NCBI GenBank assembly: GCA_012295275.1
Contig: CM022670.1
Span: 33,914,001-33,978,000 of the forward strand
DNA length: 64,000 bases
Source: Chrysomallon squamiferum
Taxonomy: Eukaryota; Animalia; Mollusca
Reading direction: 5' to 3'
Shown here: positions 1 through 12,308 of the stretch, in pieces
Position numbering within the stretch: position 1 is the first letter of the stretch
How the letters are laid out: each line of letters starts with the position of its first letter
Notes under the pieces: model-generated
The model's input: only the letters and a program-made list of their open reading frames with translations
Told to the model about the DNA's origin: nothing
The model's database searches: none
Made by a program: the position numbers and the translations under genes

Positions 1-1100
1 TACTTTTGGGACAAAGCAAAAACATAATTAGTGAATATTATTTATTGTTTTATAGTGGAAAAAAAAATAACAGACTAAACAGTATTTTTTTTCTTCAAAT
101 GTTCTTTTTCAGTTGTGACTGAATTTTAATAGGTAAGCCAGCCAATTGATCTACTGAAAGAACATATGTTTATAGATACAACCATAACGAAATTGAAGAG
201 AGAGGTATTGATGGAAATACTTGAAACTCATAGTGCAGGATGAAAAGCACCGGAGTGGAAATAACTTGGATGCCATTGAAAATCAAACTGAAAGCATTAG
301 TTGATAAAAAAAAATAAATTAACAGAAGGTAATATGTAATCAGAAAATTCCCTGGCTGGAACTCTGAAATAACCCAAAAGACTTTATTCTTTTTTTTTTA
401 TACATATAAAACGATATCGTATTAACATTTTACTGATAAATAAACAATTATACGTTTTATAATTTTGTTCATCAATGTACATGAATTTTAACTGGAGTCT
501 ATAATATTAATAATTAAAAACTGATATTTTACTGTATATTATATAATACAAAGGCAAGTATTTAACAAAGGTATTGTATTTATAGCTAATGTGTTTCCAA
601 AGATTGAACCTAAATACAACACATAATATATACAGTATCACTTTCTGTGCAGGACATATAATTTGTGACTGTGTTATTTTGTTTAATAGTATATTTAATG
701 GAAAATGTTATTTTTCATACTTATTGATGTTTACCAGTAAAGACATATTAATGGAAACTTTCTTAAAGAGATAAAAGCAAAATGAAAGCAGTTCTTTTAC
801 CTACTGGAACCTCGAATTAACCCAAAAACTTTTTGTTTGTTTGTTTTATTTTGTATTTTCATAGTATGCAACACTAATGTATTTAGCTTTTATTTTATAA
901 ATTAATAATTATAATGCTTTGTATTTATTTATATATTTATTCACTACTTATATGAATTTTAAGTGTGCATAATATTAAAATTAAAACTGTGATTTTAAAA
1001 AAATATATATTTATAATGTTACTAAAAGGAAATATTTAAATAAAATTTGTTATATTTTGTAGATTAGACTAAAACAAAGATTGAAATATAATACATCATT
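1..1100 (+). repeat. Inverted, indel-rich copy of the SAM-gene unit (similar to the reverse complement of ~8640-9520, then ~5925-6260)
   Basis: 1041-1100 is nearly the exact reverse complement of 5924-5985; 600-735 matches the reverse complement of ~8640-8780; 60-330 matches the reverse complement of 9200-9470. Confidence 0.8.
113..328 (+). pseudogene. Frameshifted copy of the SAM-like exon (pseudo-exon or low-quality consensus)
   Basis: ttttcAG acceptor at 111-112 and GAAG|GTAATA at 328/329. Aligns to 9206-9421(-) (DLLKEHMF, ERGIDGNT, KLKALVDKK) but carries many 1-nt indels and in-frame stops. Confidence 0.7.
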
Positions 1101-1300
1101 NNNNNNNNNNNNNNNNNNNNNNNNNNNNNNNNNNNNNNNNNNNNNNNNNNNNNNNNNNNNNNNNNNNNNNNNNNNNNNNNNNNNNNNNNNNNNNNNNNNN
1201 NNNNNNNNNNNNNNNNNNNNNNNNNNNNNNNNNNNNNNNNNNNNNNNNNNNNNNNNNNNNNNNNNNNNNNNNNNNNNNNNNNNNNNNNNNNNNNNNNNNN
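1101..1300. other. Assembly gap (200 N)
   Basis: Run of exactly 200 N; the round size suggests a scaffolding gap of unknown true length. Confidence 0.99.
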
Positions 1301-1652
1301 AAATATATAATTGTATTTTCATTTGCTTTTCTTTGAAATAGTGTTTTATCTATTATTTTTCCCAGGATATAACAATAAATAATATTCAGACTAATTATAT
1401 TTTTTGCAGCGTAAATTAAAAACAAATAATGATCAGACTAAATTTTTAAATGTTTTTTAATTTATCAGATTGGAACAAAAAAGACTGTAATGTTATTTTA
1501 CAATAGGTGGCTTTGGAGTATGTGATTACATTTCAGACATGACTGGAATATATTCTGAAAATGAACACATATGTGGTTGAATAAATCTGTGTGCAAAACT
1601 ATATATTGTTCTTCAGTTAAAAACAATTTTAAAATGTTTAGTTCCAACCCAA

Positions 1653-1687
<35 letters not shown>

Positions 1688-1961
1688 TATTTTTTGTTTT
1701 ATTTTTTATATACATTATTTAAGAAAACTGATGTTCAAATTAATTTTGTTTTAATATTACAAGCTGTAAGTATAACCTTGCTCCAGATAAAGTGAACAAA
1801 ACAATCTGTCATTTAATTATGTCAGACAATAACAAACTTCCAAGAAAAGTAAACATACAGATGTGTTTGTTTTCAAAACATTACCGAGTAAACTTTTATT
1901 AAATGATTTTTATGTGTGCCTATGATTTTTTAAATAAAGTAAAATTTAAAAACACACACAC

Positions 1962-2069
1962 CCGACTGTTTTTCGTCAGCTTTCTCTTGCTGTGCGTCTC
2001 CTTGAGAGATTCCAGCATTCTGTTTCTTCTTGGATTTAAAATCACTCTGTACTCTGTCACCATCATCCT
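1962..2069 (-). CDS. Copy A exon B (phase 1-1, 108 nt): DDGDRVQSDFKSKKKQNAGISQGDAQQEKADEKQS
   Basis: ttttcAG acceptor, G|GTGTGT donor, open frame; homologous to 9968-10069 and 7103-7210. Confidence 0.6.
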
Positions 2070-2880
2070 CTGAAAATCCATAAAATCTTGTTTAAAAGGA
2101 ACAGATAAAAACATTTAATAAATGCCAACAAACAAAGAGTGATAAAACTGGAATTCGGAATGAATAGACAGAATTTTGTGGCATAATTAAATATGACAAA
2201 CTCCTTGGTGCTCTCACTGGAGTAATTTCCTGTTCTAGACCCTGACAGAATTTTGGTAGGTGGCTTATACCTAAAACTAACTACCATTATAAACTTATTT
2301 TTTCATACAGAAGCCTGTCAGTGATGGCCACTCAAGGAAGTACTCAGAACTTGATGGCATAGAGTTCAAACCCATAATAAAAATACAATATGGCTGTTAT
2401 AGGCAGGAGGCTGTCAGACAGAGTGGCCATGAAAGCAATTCTTATTCTGTGTGTGTTTTATATAAAGATAGATAATATACATAATAATTAATGTAAAATT
2501 TGCTTATAATAGAAAAAAGAGTTTCAACAAATTAACAATGAATTTTAACATAAAAAAAAACATATTATAAACTAGCACTGGCTTGCCTGTAGGAAGCTTT
2601 GGTATGTACATTCCTGTAAGTCGGAAGTCATATAAAATATGCTTTGCCAGTATTCAACAAATTATTTTATTGATTAAATATGCAACCGTTCAGTTAATAG
2701 AAATGCGTAATGGTCTGGTATGACCTAGAAGAAAATAAACATATCTTCTTTTTCTGAATGAAGTTCATAATATAAACTATGCATAAATTAAAAAAAAAAA
2801 AAAAAAAAAACCAACAACAACACTTGAAAACAAAGTATTAAATACAGACCATAACAACATAAACTTTATTATTTTTTTAC

Positions 2881-3024
2881 TTGTTTCACATTGTTCCTCT
2901 AACTTATTTGACTGATCAGTGCAGGGTTGTGCTTGATCATCATCTTTCTCAGCTTCTTCAGAAAGAGATATATGGCTGGAAGCAGTTGGTACAACCAGAC
3001 CTGATGATCCACCCACATTTTGTG
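2881..3024 (-). CDS. Copy A exon E (phase 1-1, 144 nt): QNVGGSSGLVVPTASSHISLSEEAEKDDDQAQPCTDQSNKLEEQCET
   Basis: gttgtAG acceptor, A|GTAAAA donor (weak), open frame within ORF 2777..3127; homologous to 11626-11751 with an 18-nt in-frame length difference. Confidence 0.6.
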
Positions 3025-3612
3025 CTACAACCAGAAAACAAAACTGAATTGTTTTAGTCTTGGTATCACACACACACGCAAACAAACATATACACACATA
3101 TACATACATACAGCAATGGTTCATCACTTTGTAATAACAGGGGGAAAGATTTAAATAAGGTTTAAACCTTTTCGTTTGATTCTTTTGATGGCTTTAAGTG
3201 GCCACTTTTGGACCAATACAGGATCAATCTCTTTCTGTCTGTTTGTCTGTATGTGTATGTATTTAGATAGACATAAAAAATCACAAAAGCACATATAATC
3301 TACAAGATAAAAACAAAAAAAGAAGAAATTAAAAGTTAGAAGAAATAAAGAAAATAAAACAAACCAAAGCCAAACAATGAAAAAACAGTGCAGATGAATT
3401 TAGATAAGGCAGTTAAGAGTATTTCCAAATTTTTTTATTATTTTAGGATGCACGATCAAAACTAAAAAAAAATAAATAAATAAAAACAAAAACAAAAAAC
3501 AAAGAAACCAAACTATCATTGTTTATTCTGTATAAATATTTTGTACAAACATACAAAAAGTAATTAATAAATAACAAAAAAAAAAATAATAAATTCAATT
3601 TATTTTACTTAC

Positions 3613-3661
3613 TTTCTTGAACCCCAGTTAATTTACTCATGTCTTTCTGTTCTGGCTCCAT
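3613..3661 (-). CDS. Copy A first coding exon F: MEPEQKDMSKLTGVQE
   Basis: ATG at 3661-3659, A|GTAAGT donor; same 49-nt length and phase as 12309-12357. Confidence 0.6.
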
Positions 3662-5008
3662 CTAGTATGTGTCGTTAGTTCGTTTTTATATTTTTCTCTT
3701 TGAAAATAAACAGTTCATTTAAATATGTCAATTATCTGACTTGCCAGTTTTGCCAGTGATATGTTTTCTGCAATGTAGAAATAAAGAAAAAACACATTTC
3801 ACCTGATGTCAACCATTTTGTTTAAAAATTTTATTATACTCATACCTTAAATTCTCCATTTACAATCAATTAGGCTTGCATAATTCTTTATCTCTATCTT
3901 TATTAAAAGGTGTATTTCAGTTGAACTTGCTGTTAAGTTATATAAGTTCATTTGTTTTTTGTTTTTTTTCAGTTTATGTATTTTTGTTTCTGTTGTTGCT
4001 TTTTTCTAAAGTAAGGAAATTTGTTAACATCAAAATTTAAATTTAAGAAAATACAATATGACTGCTAAGGAGAACTTTACACTGTGAAATTATGGCTAAA
4101 ATATCCAGTCAAGAAAACAAACCTAAATATATGAATATTTTCGAAATATTCAGTCTTAAAATTAATGTAAAATGTACATAATTTAAGAAAATAATAATAA
4201 TTTTAATAAATCATGAAGAAAGTGTTTATTTAACTATGTGTATTCTCCACTGACTTTTAAAATTTGATTAGGTGTAATCTGATGAAATGACTCGTATTTG
4301 ATTCTAACTGGTTCACATTTTCTTCAAAAATATCTCTTTCACATGGTCTCACAAAGTTATCAGACTTGGTTTCAGTTTTTAAAAAACTGATTAAATACAA
4401 AAATATTTTATTCATATTACCAATTAAACAGGATGAGCACCAAGTGGAAATTAATTTGAACATGGTATATAATCCCCTACCATTAAACAAAATATAGGAA
4501 ATGTCACCTTCAACAATATTCTTCAGATTAAATTTCATTCCTTGAAACATTCGTATATTCAAACAAAATATTACCTCAGTTCATTGATTTATTCACACCA
4601 TTAGCATTTATTTATTAATATCTGAAATAATTCAATACGTTATATATAATTATTTATGTTTTGCAGCATCATTTTGATTAAATCTTTGCACCGCTAAATG
4701 AAATAAGAAATGAGAATCTGATTGGCATTGCTCCAAATATTTTGCAACAATATTTAAAGTTAATATCTCTTTTACGTGTATAAATAATATGGTAATATCA
4801 ATACAAAAAATGAATGCGGAAATTATATAAACAGATCGACTACATCGAAATTGTTCAAGTAATCGCTAACATAGATACATATAACAATGTCTAATGAGTT
4901 GTTTGTTCTCCTTTGTTCTTGTCAGAAGAGATATAAAACAGACTTAGCTCACTTTGGCTTGTCAGATCAATCACTTATTTCACATCTTTTCTTCATCGGA
5001 AAGAATAT

Positions 5009-5037
5009 GAAAGTGAAAAAGTTTCTAGTTTCAGTTT
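5009..5037. promoter_or_regulatory. IRF-E/ISRE-like GAAA repeats upstream of copy A
   Basis: GAAAGTGAAA at 5009-5018 followed by GTTTCTAGTTTCAGTTT, in a CpG-containing stretch ~1.35 kb 5' of the ATG; motif match only. Confidence 0.35.
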
Positions 5038-5579
5038 AATATTATTTTTGGAAACCAACATCACGGAAAAGAACGAATAAATTACTCGGAGGTTTTCGCA
5101 GAAACTGTAAATGGTTTTTAAAATTTTCTTCCGGTATGTTATTTAGCTTTTGTGCTTACAAATAACAAAAACAATTACAAGAAAAATAAAAATAATAATA
5201 ATTCATCTTGTGTAACATGATACTTTATTTAGATCCCTGTGTTAAATGTAATGTCCTTTCATATTTTTAGGCAGTTTTTTTTCTGATCAGGAATTAAAAA
5301 ATTAATAAACTGTTTAATTTAAATTAGTGTTTACATAAATAAATTGTTATGTTTCTACTTTATTTTTATTTTTAATATTGATTAAAAGATAATGGTAACA
5401 AAACTATAACTGATAATTATTATTATTATTATTGTGGGGTTTCTTGTTTGTTTTGTTTTGTTTTTTTGTTTTTTTTTAAATCATATAGTCTTCAAAGTAG
5501 AGTGTGTCGTATCTACACTTTACAATTCTTAAATGTATAGAGTTTACTGTGAATCTCAATGCTTCTAAATTTGTTTTTT

Positions 5580-5613
<34 letters not shown>

Positions 5614-6264
5614 TTTAATATACATTCTTCAGAGTACACTTTGTGGTATGAACACTTTTTAAGTTTAAGGTATTAAACTGATTGTAAATCTAATAGGTTT
5701 TGAAAATTAACTTTATAAATTTAATTTTAAATTTTTATTATATGCACTTATCAATTGAAATATATAGTGCAGTAATGCATTTAACGAAAAAAAGCAATCA
5801 AAACAAACATTTTATGTATATAGATAACTCTTTATTAAAATGACAGATTTTAGTTTAGATATCAATAAAATTATATAAAAAATAACATTTTCCCATTAAA
5901 TATACTATAAAACAAAATAGCACAATGATGTATTATATTTCAATCTTTGTTTTAGTCTAAGCTACAAAATATAACAAACTTTATTGAAATATTTCCTTTT
6001 TAGTAATAATATAAATATATAATTTACAAAATTACAGTTTTAATTTTTAATATTATGCACACATTAAAATTCATATAGAGTAGTGAATAAAATATATAAA
6101 ACAAATACTGATAAATTTTATAATTTATTAATTTATAGAATAAAAAAAGCTAAATACATTAGTATTGCATATTAATGAGAAAAAGAAAGAAAAAGATAGA
6201 AAAAAAAAACAAACAAACAAAAAGTCTTTTGGGTTATTTCAGTGTTCAAGCCAGGTAAAAGAAA

Positions 6265-6464
6265 TCATTTCTTATGGAATAATGCTTTCAGTCTGATTTT
6301 GTCAACCGCATCACAACCGTATCCAGTGCTTCTTCATTCTGCACTATGTCTTTAAGAATTTTCCCATCAGTATGTCTTTCTTCAATTTTCGTAATGGTTG
6401 CATCCATAAATTTATTCGTTTTTCAGTAGATCTGTTAGCTGGCTTACTGTTAAGTCAGTCACAA
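6265..6464 (-). pseudogene. Copy B SAM-like pseudo-exon
   Basis: Same acceptor and start (VTDLTVSQLTDLLK) as 9421; a +1 indel gives an immediate TAA, there is a later 4-nt deletion, and the end of the exon is altered. Confidence 0.7.
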
Positions 6465-7102
6465 CTGAAAGAACATTTGAAGAAAAAATACTGTTTAGTC
6501 TTTTATTTTTTCCAGCGTAAAACAACAAATAATATTCAGACTAATTTTATTTCTGCAGTGCAAAGTAAAAACAAATAACGTTCAGACTAGTTTTTAAATG
6601 TTTTTTGATTTATCGGGCTGGAACAAAACCTCTGTAGTGTTTTTTTTGAATAGGTGGCTTTCGAGTCTGTGATTACAGTTCAGACATAACTGGAATATAT
6701 TCTGAAAAATGAACATATATGTGGTTGAATAAATGTGTGTGCAAAACTATATATTATCTTTGAATATCAGTTAAAAAATGTTATGAACTTTTGTTCCAAC
6801 CCAATATTTATCATTATTATTATTATTATTTAATTTTTGTTTTATTTTTTGTGTACATTATGTAAGACAACTGATGTTCAATTAAATTTGTTTTAATAGA
6901 ACAAGCTGTAAGTACAACCTTGCTCCAGATTAAGTGAACAAAACAATCTGTCATTTAATTATGTCATAAAATAACAGACTTCCAATAAAGTAAACATACA
7001 GATGTTTTATTTTTTATAACCATTACCGACTAAACTTTATTAAAATTAATTTATGTGTGTCTATGATTATTTAAATAAAGAAAAATTTAAAAACACACAC
7101 AC

Positions 7103-7210
7103 CCGACTGTTTTTCGTCAGCTTTCTCTTGCTGTGCTTCTCCTTGAGAGATTCCAGCATTCTGTTTCTTCTTGGATTTAAAATCACTCTGTACTCTGTCA
7201 CCATCATCTT
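7103..7210 (-). CDS. Copy B exon B (phase 1-1, 108 nt), nearly identical to 1962-2069; may be an orphan or an exon used by copy C
   Basis: Intact AG/GT boundaries and open frame DDGDRVQSDFKSKKKQNAGISQGEAQQEKADEKQS. Confidence 0.45.
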
Positions 7211-9194
7211 CTGAAAATCCATAAAATCTTGTTTAAAAAAAACAGATAAAACATTTACTAAATGCCAACAAACAAAGAGTGATAAAACTGGAATTCGGAA
7301 TGAATCGACAGAATTTGTGTGGCATATTTTAATATGACAAATACTCCTTGGTGCTCTCACTGGAGTAATTTCCTGTTCCAGACACTGACAGAATCTGTGA
7401 TAGGTGGTTATACCTAAAACAAACTATCGTTATAAAATTTATTTTTTTCATACACAGATCAAGCCTGTCAGTGATGACCACTCAAGAAACTAGAAGGCAT
7501 AGAGTTCAAACCCATAATAAAATATAAAATGGCTGCTAGAGGTGGCTATGGAAGCAGTTCTTACACTCTATGTGTGTACTGTTACATACAGATAGAGAGA
7601 TAAGTATACATTTGGATACTTCAAAATTTGGCTTACAATTAATTACTTCACTGCAGTAAATATTTTAAAAATAAAATCATTGTATATTAATAAATAATGA
7701 AAAATAACGTAAACAGATAGAAGAAGAAAAACAGAGAGATAATGCATCTTGTATAACAAAGCGCTTTATTTTGATTCCTGTGTTAAAATTCATATTTTTA
7801 GGCAGTTTTTTCTGATCAACAGTTAAATAATTAATAAACTGGCTAATCTAAATTAGTGTTTCCATATAAATAAAATATTTTGTTTTTACTTATTTTTATT
7901 TTTAATGTTTATTAAAACAAAAAGATAATAGAACTATAACTGATTAAATTCTTGACAAATAGATATTTAGCAAGAACAAATATTTTATGTGTACCTTCTC
8001 ATAAACATAAAAGGTGTCATAGTTTTCATACATCAGTTCTCGGGCACTGATTATAAACAGAAGTAACCAATAGGGTAACAACTTTAGGATATGAGCTAAA
8101 AAAATATATCATCAGTTCTTATTAATGGGCTTAATGAGTAAATTAACATGAAAATGAACATTTCCAAACACACCTTACTTAAAATTAAGGAATTATTAAG
8201 TCATTTAAGAGAATTCAGACATATTACATCCTTAGATAAACAATATCTGGAACAATATAGAGAGAATATGTGAAACTCTCAGCAAAGAATTACATTTTTA
8301 AAATTAAGAACTACGAATAAGTAAAACATGTTTATTAATCAAATGATACTTTGTAGTGAAGTACAAAAAAGAAAAGAAACTTTTGTTAAATGGTAGAAAA
8401 ATACAGAAGAAAACAAAAACAACTAATAAATACTAATAAAAAATAATAAAAGAGAACAAAATATAATAAAAATAGAATGATGCTACATAATTACAGCACA
8501 AATATTCTTAGGGAAAAGAAATAAAAAATTACCTGCCTCTTACTGAACTATTTTTTTTAAACCAAGCATCAAAGACTATAAATAAATAAACATTTTATGT
8601 ATATAAAACTCTTTATTACAATTAAAGATTTAAGTGTTAAACATCAATGAAAGTATGAAAATAAGAACATTTTCCCATTAAATATACTATAAAAGAAAAT
8701 AAGACAACCATGTGTTATGTCCTGCACAGAAATTGATACTGTATATATATTATATATTTAGTTTCAATCTTTGTTTTAGTCTAAGCTATAAAATATAACA
8801 AACTTTATTTAAAAGTTTGCCTTTTATAATATTATAAAATATATATATAAAAACAAAATCATGAATTTTAATTTTTTATATTATGCAGACAGATAAAATT
8901 CATATAAATTAGTGAATAAAAATCATACAAATAAATTCTGATAACTTTATAATTTATTAATTTATAAAATTAAAAAGTTAAATTCATTACTGTTCCATAT
9001 TAAAGAAAACAAAAAATGAAAGAAAGAGAGAAACTAAAGTGATATGAAAACAGAATGAAATAAAGTAAAACTGACATTTAAAGCAAAAAATGATAAATGT
9101 TTTAGAAAAGCACACATTTATTAACAAATGGAATCATATATTAACAGATAAAGTCTTTTGAGTTATTTTAGAGTTCCACCCAGGTATTTCCTCA

Positions 9195-9421
9195 TTACAT
9201 ATTACCTTCTGTTATTTTTTTTTTTTTATCAACTAATGCTTTCAGTTTGCTTTTGTCAATGGCGTCACAAGTTATTTCATCCAATGCTTTTTCATCCTGC
9301 ACTATGAATTTAAGAGTATTTCCATCAATACCTCGCTCTTCAATTTTCTTTATGGTTGTATCCATAAACATCTGTTCTTTCAGTAGATCAGTTAGCTGGT
9401 TTACTGTTAAGTCAGCCACAA
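9195..9421 (-). CDS. Copy C SAM-like domain exon (terminal if read to TAA at 9195; alternatively ends at donor 9206)
   Basis: tctttcAG acceptor. VADLTVNQLTDLLKEQMFMDTTIKKIEERGIDGNTLKFIVQDEKALDEITCDAIDKSKLKALV follows the SAM pattern (..E..IDG..L...L.EI......KL...); AATAAA on minus strand at 9117-9122. Confidence 0.7.
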
Positions 9422-9685
9422 CTGAAAGAACATTTGAAGAAAAAATACTGATTAGTCTATTATTTTTCTCTATAAATGAATAAATAATATTCAGACTAAT
9501 TTTAGTTTTGCAGTGAAACTAAAAACAAATAATGTTCAGACTAATTTTTAAATGTTTTTTTAATTTATCATGTTGGAATAAATGTGTGTGCAAAATTATA
9601 TAATTGTGTTTGACTTTCAGTTAAAGAAATGTTATGAACTTTTGTTCCACCAAAACATTTGTTTTTAGTTTTATTGTTATTGTTG

Positions 9686-9722
<37 letters not shown>

Positions 9723-9967
9723 TTTTGTATAAACAATGAAAGACAAATTAATTTTGTTTTAATAGTACAAGCAGTAATAACAACCTTGCTGCGGATTAAA
9801 AAACAAAACGATCAATCATTTAATTATGTCAGAAAATAACTAATTCCAGACAAAGTAAACTTACATATGTTTATTTTTTAAAAACATTATCCAGTAAAAT
9901 ATTATTCAAATGAATTTATGTGTGCCTATAATTATTTAAATAAAATAAAAAATAAAAAAAAACATAC

Positions 9968-10069
9968 CTGATTGCTTTTCGTCAGCTTTCAGTTGTTCTG
10001 CTTGAGTGATGCCAGCTTTCTGTTTATTCTTGGTATTAAAAACACCCAATATTCTGTTACCATTATGTT
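9968..10069 (-). CDS. Copy C exon B (phase 1-1, 102 nt): HNGNRILGVFNTKNKQKAGITQAEQLKADEKQS
   Basis: ttttcAG acceptor, CAG|GTATGT donor, open frame that joins in frame to the SAM exon. Confidence 0.7.
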
Positions 10070-10308
10070 CTGAAAATACACAAAATATTGTTTAAAAGGA
10101 ACAGATAAAACATTTACTAAATGTCAACAAACAAAGATTGATAAAGCTGGAATTCGGAATGGATCAACTGAATTTGTGTGGCATATTTTAATATTACAAA
10201 TACTCCTTGGTGCTCTCATTGGACTAATTTCCTGTTCCAGACACTGACAGAATTTGTGGTAGGTGGCTTATACCTAAAATTATCTACCATTATAAAACTT
10301 ATTTTTCA

Positions 10309-10446
10309 TACGCAGATCAAGCCTGTTAATAATGGCCACTCAAGGAACCACTCATAAGTGGATGCCATAGAGCTAAAACCCTTAATAAAATACAATATGG
10401 CTGTTATAGGCAGGAGAAGATGGCCAGGACAAGAAGTCTGACTGTG
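10309..10446. mobile_element. Possible degenerate MITE-like relic in the B-C intron (also ~2325-2450 and ~7455-7570)
   Basis: GC-richer island with imperfect inverted ends (cagatcaagcctgt ... aagtctgactgt) and internal tggccac/ataggcagg motifs; family not verifiable without a search. Confidence 0.3.
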
Positions 10447-10801
10447 TGTGTATGGTTGTATGTTATATACAGATAGATAGATTAGTATACATCTGAATAA
10501 TATAAATTTGGCTATCAATTAATCAGTTAACTGCAGTAAAGCTTTTAAGAATAAAATCATTTAATATTAATAATTAATCAATAAATTTACTTAAAAAACC
10601 CATCAAAAAAACTAATTAGTAATGAATGTTACTGTTAAAACACAGATTAAGAAACAGGGTTGGTTTGCCTTTAAAAAGCACTGGTATGTACACTCCTGTC
10701 AAGTGGGGAGACTCATGTAAAATATCCCTTGCTGATATTCAATAAACGCATTTCATTGATTAAATATGCAGCCATTCATTCAGTAGAAATAATGTTCAAA
10801 C

Positions 10802-10924
10802 CTATAGTAATTGTGTTGTTGTAGCTGTCACGACCTGCAGCAACCACTGCAAATGCTCCTTCCAGATTCACAGGTCTAATTATCCTTTCTTCACTACCTC
10901 CAGTATCACCTGTCTTTCTTTCAT
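10802..10924 (-). CDS. Copy C exon C (phase 1-1, 123 nt): ERKTGDTGGSEERIIRPVNLEGAFAVVAAGRDSYNNTITI
   Basis: atatAG acceptor, TAG|GTTTGA donor; GC-richer open frame with length a multiple of 3; not in the ORF track. Confidence 0.55.
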
Positions 10925-11353
10925 CTATATTAATATTAAATAATATTAAATAATAAACGAAGGAATATAAATGAAAGTATATATTTGTTCAGCCAAAAGC
11001 CACAAAATAAAAGATGGTACCATCTTATTATTATATTGCAGCAGCAATTAACAAAGCGTTTTTTAAATCTTTTTTCTTTCTTTTTTCTTTCAATAATAGT
11101 GGTAACACACTGAAATAATCCCGGTGGAATAAATGATTTTGTAATTCAATAAACTCAGTGTTGACCTTCAGTTCACTGACCACAATAATTTCAGTTAATG
11201 TTTTATGTCTAAAATTGTTTTCCAGTATGTGGTAATGATTGTTTGTTAATATTACTGAAATTTTGCATTTTGGGTGAATCAAGGTAAAATATACACATTT
11301 AGACAACTTGTGCAAGAAATACTTCAAATTAAGAAAACTTTTATTACTTTCAC

Positions 11354-11491
11354 CTTTATCAATATCTTTTTCTAAATTATCTGCTGTTTCAATTTCAAGT
11401 TCTGCTTTATCATCTTCCGTCTTAGTTTCATCAGCGTAATGTTCTGATGTGACCACATCTGGAGAACCTTTCATATTTTGATTAACCTGGC
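11354..11491 (-). CDS. Copy C exon D (phase 1-1, 138 nt), acidic: QVNQNMKGSPDVVTSEHYADETKTEDDKAELEIETADNLEKDIDK
   Basis: ttttcttctAG acceptor, AAG|GTGAAA donor; same frame as the start of ORF 11031..11474. Confidence 0.7.
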
Positions 11492-11625
11492 CTAGAAGAA
11501 AATAAACATTACTTGTTTTTCTGAATGCAGTTTATAATATAAACTATGTGTAAATTGAAAAAAAAAAAAATTGAAAACAAATCATTAAATACAGATTATA
11601 AGAACATTTATTGTATTATTTTTAC

Positions 11626-11751
11626 CTGTTTCACATTGTTCCTCTAATTCATTTCCTAGATTATCATCTATCTCAGATTCTGCAGTAAACTCTATCTTGG
11701 TGAAACCAGTTTCTGGTATAGCTAGATCTGATGATCCACCCATTTTTTGTG
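11626..11751 (-). CDS. Copy C exon E (phase 1-1, 126 nt): QKMGGSSDLAIPETGFTKIEFTAESEIDDNLGNELEEQCET
   Basis: ttttctgttgtAG acceptor, CAG|GTAAAA donor, open frame; homologous to 2881-3024. Confidence 0.7.
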
Positions 11752-11792
11752 CTACAACAGAAAAGAATTGAAATATGTTTTAGTCTCTTTAT

Positions 11793-11794
<2 letters not shown>

Positions 11795-11850
<56 letters not shown>
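11795..11850. repeat. (CA)n microsatellite
   Basis: Perfect CA run. Confidence 0.97.
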
Positions 11851-11855
<5 letters not shown>

Positions 11856-12308
11856 GGACTCATCTGTAAGTGCAAATACACACACATACATAGGGCAGTG
11901 GTTAATCATTTTGTAAATAACAGGAAAAAAGATCTAAATGAAGCTCAAAAACATTTCTTTTGATTCCTTTGGTGGCATTAAGTCACTACTTTTGGACCAT
12001 GTCAGACTCTATTTCTGTCTGTCTGACTGTATGTGTGTGTATTTAGATAGACCTAACAAATCACAAAAATACATATAATCTACCAAACAAAAAAATAAAG
12101 AAAAACAAACCAACAAAAAACCCTGCAGATGATTTTAGATAAGGCAGATAACACACATACAGTGTATTTCCAAATTTTTATTTGGTTTTTTTTTAATTAT
12201 TATTTTTAGGATGCATGATAAAAATTCAAATAAAATAGAAAAACCCCACCCAATTAGCAAATAAATAACAACAAATAAAAATTAATAATTTCAATTTATT
12301 TTACTTAC

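Larger units (their letters stand above)
1331..5410 (-). repeat. Tandem duplicate copy A of the SAM-gene unit (retains exons F, E, B; exon C and most of D deleted; SAM exon would fall in the gap)
   Basis: Colinear similarity with 9440-13810 and 6480-7600 (shared blocks such as aatattcagactaatt, gatggccactcaagg, cagacttagctcactttggcttgtcagat); boundaries approximate. Confidence 0.85.
5800..8585 (-). repeat. Tandem duplicate copy B (SAM pseudo-exon plus exon B; exons C-F and putative promoter deleted)
   Basis: 5800-7690 aligns to 8590-10575; from ~7700 the sequence aligns to ~13585-14320 and ~14750-15040 (ends at aaagactata in both); boundaries approximate. Confidence 0.8.

Noticed and set aside
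1050-1425. Three ORFs spanning the gap
   Set aside because: Open only because N codons are not stops
1920-2114. ORF-track peptide MMVTEYRVILNPRRNRMLESLK (also in 7067..7360)
   Set aside because: Alternative frame of exon B; splice phases and the copy C homologue support the DDGDRVQSDFK frame
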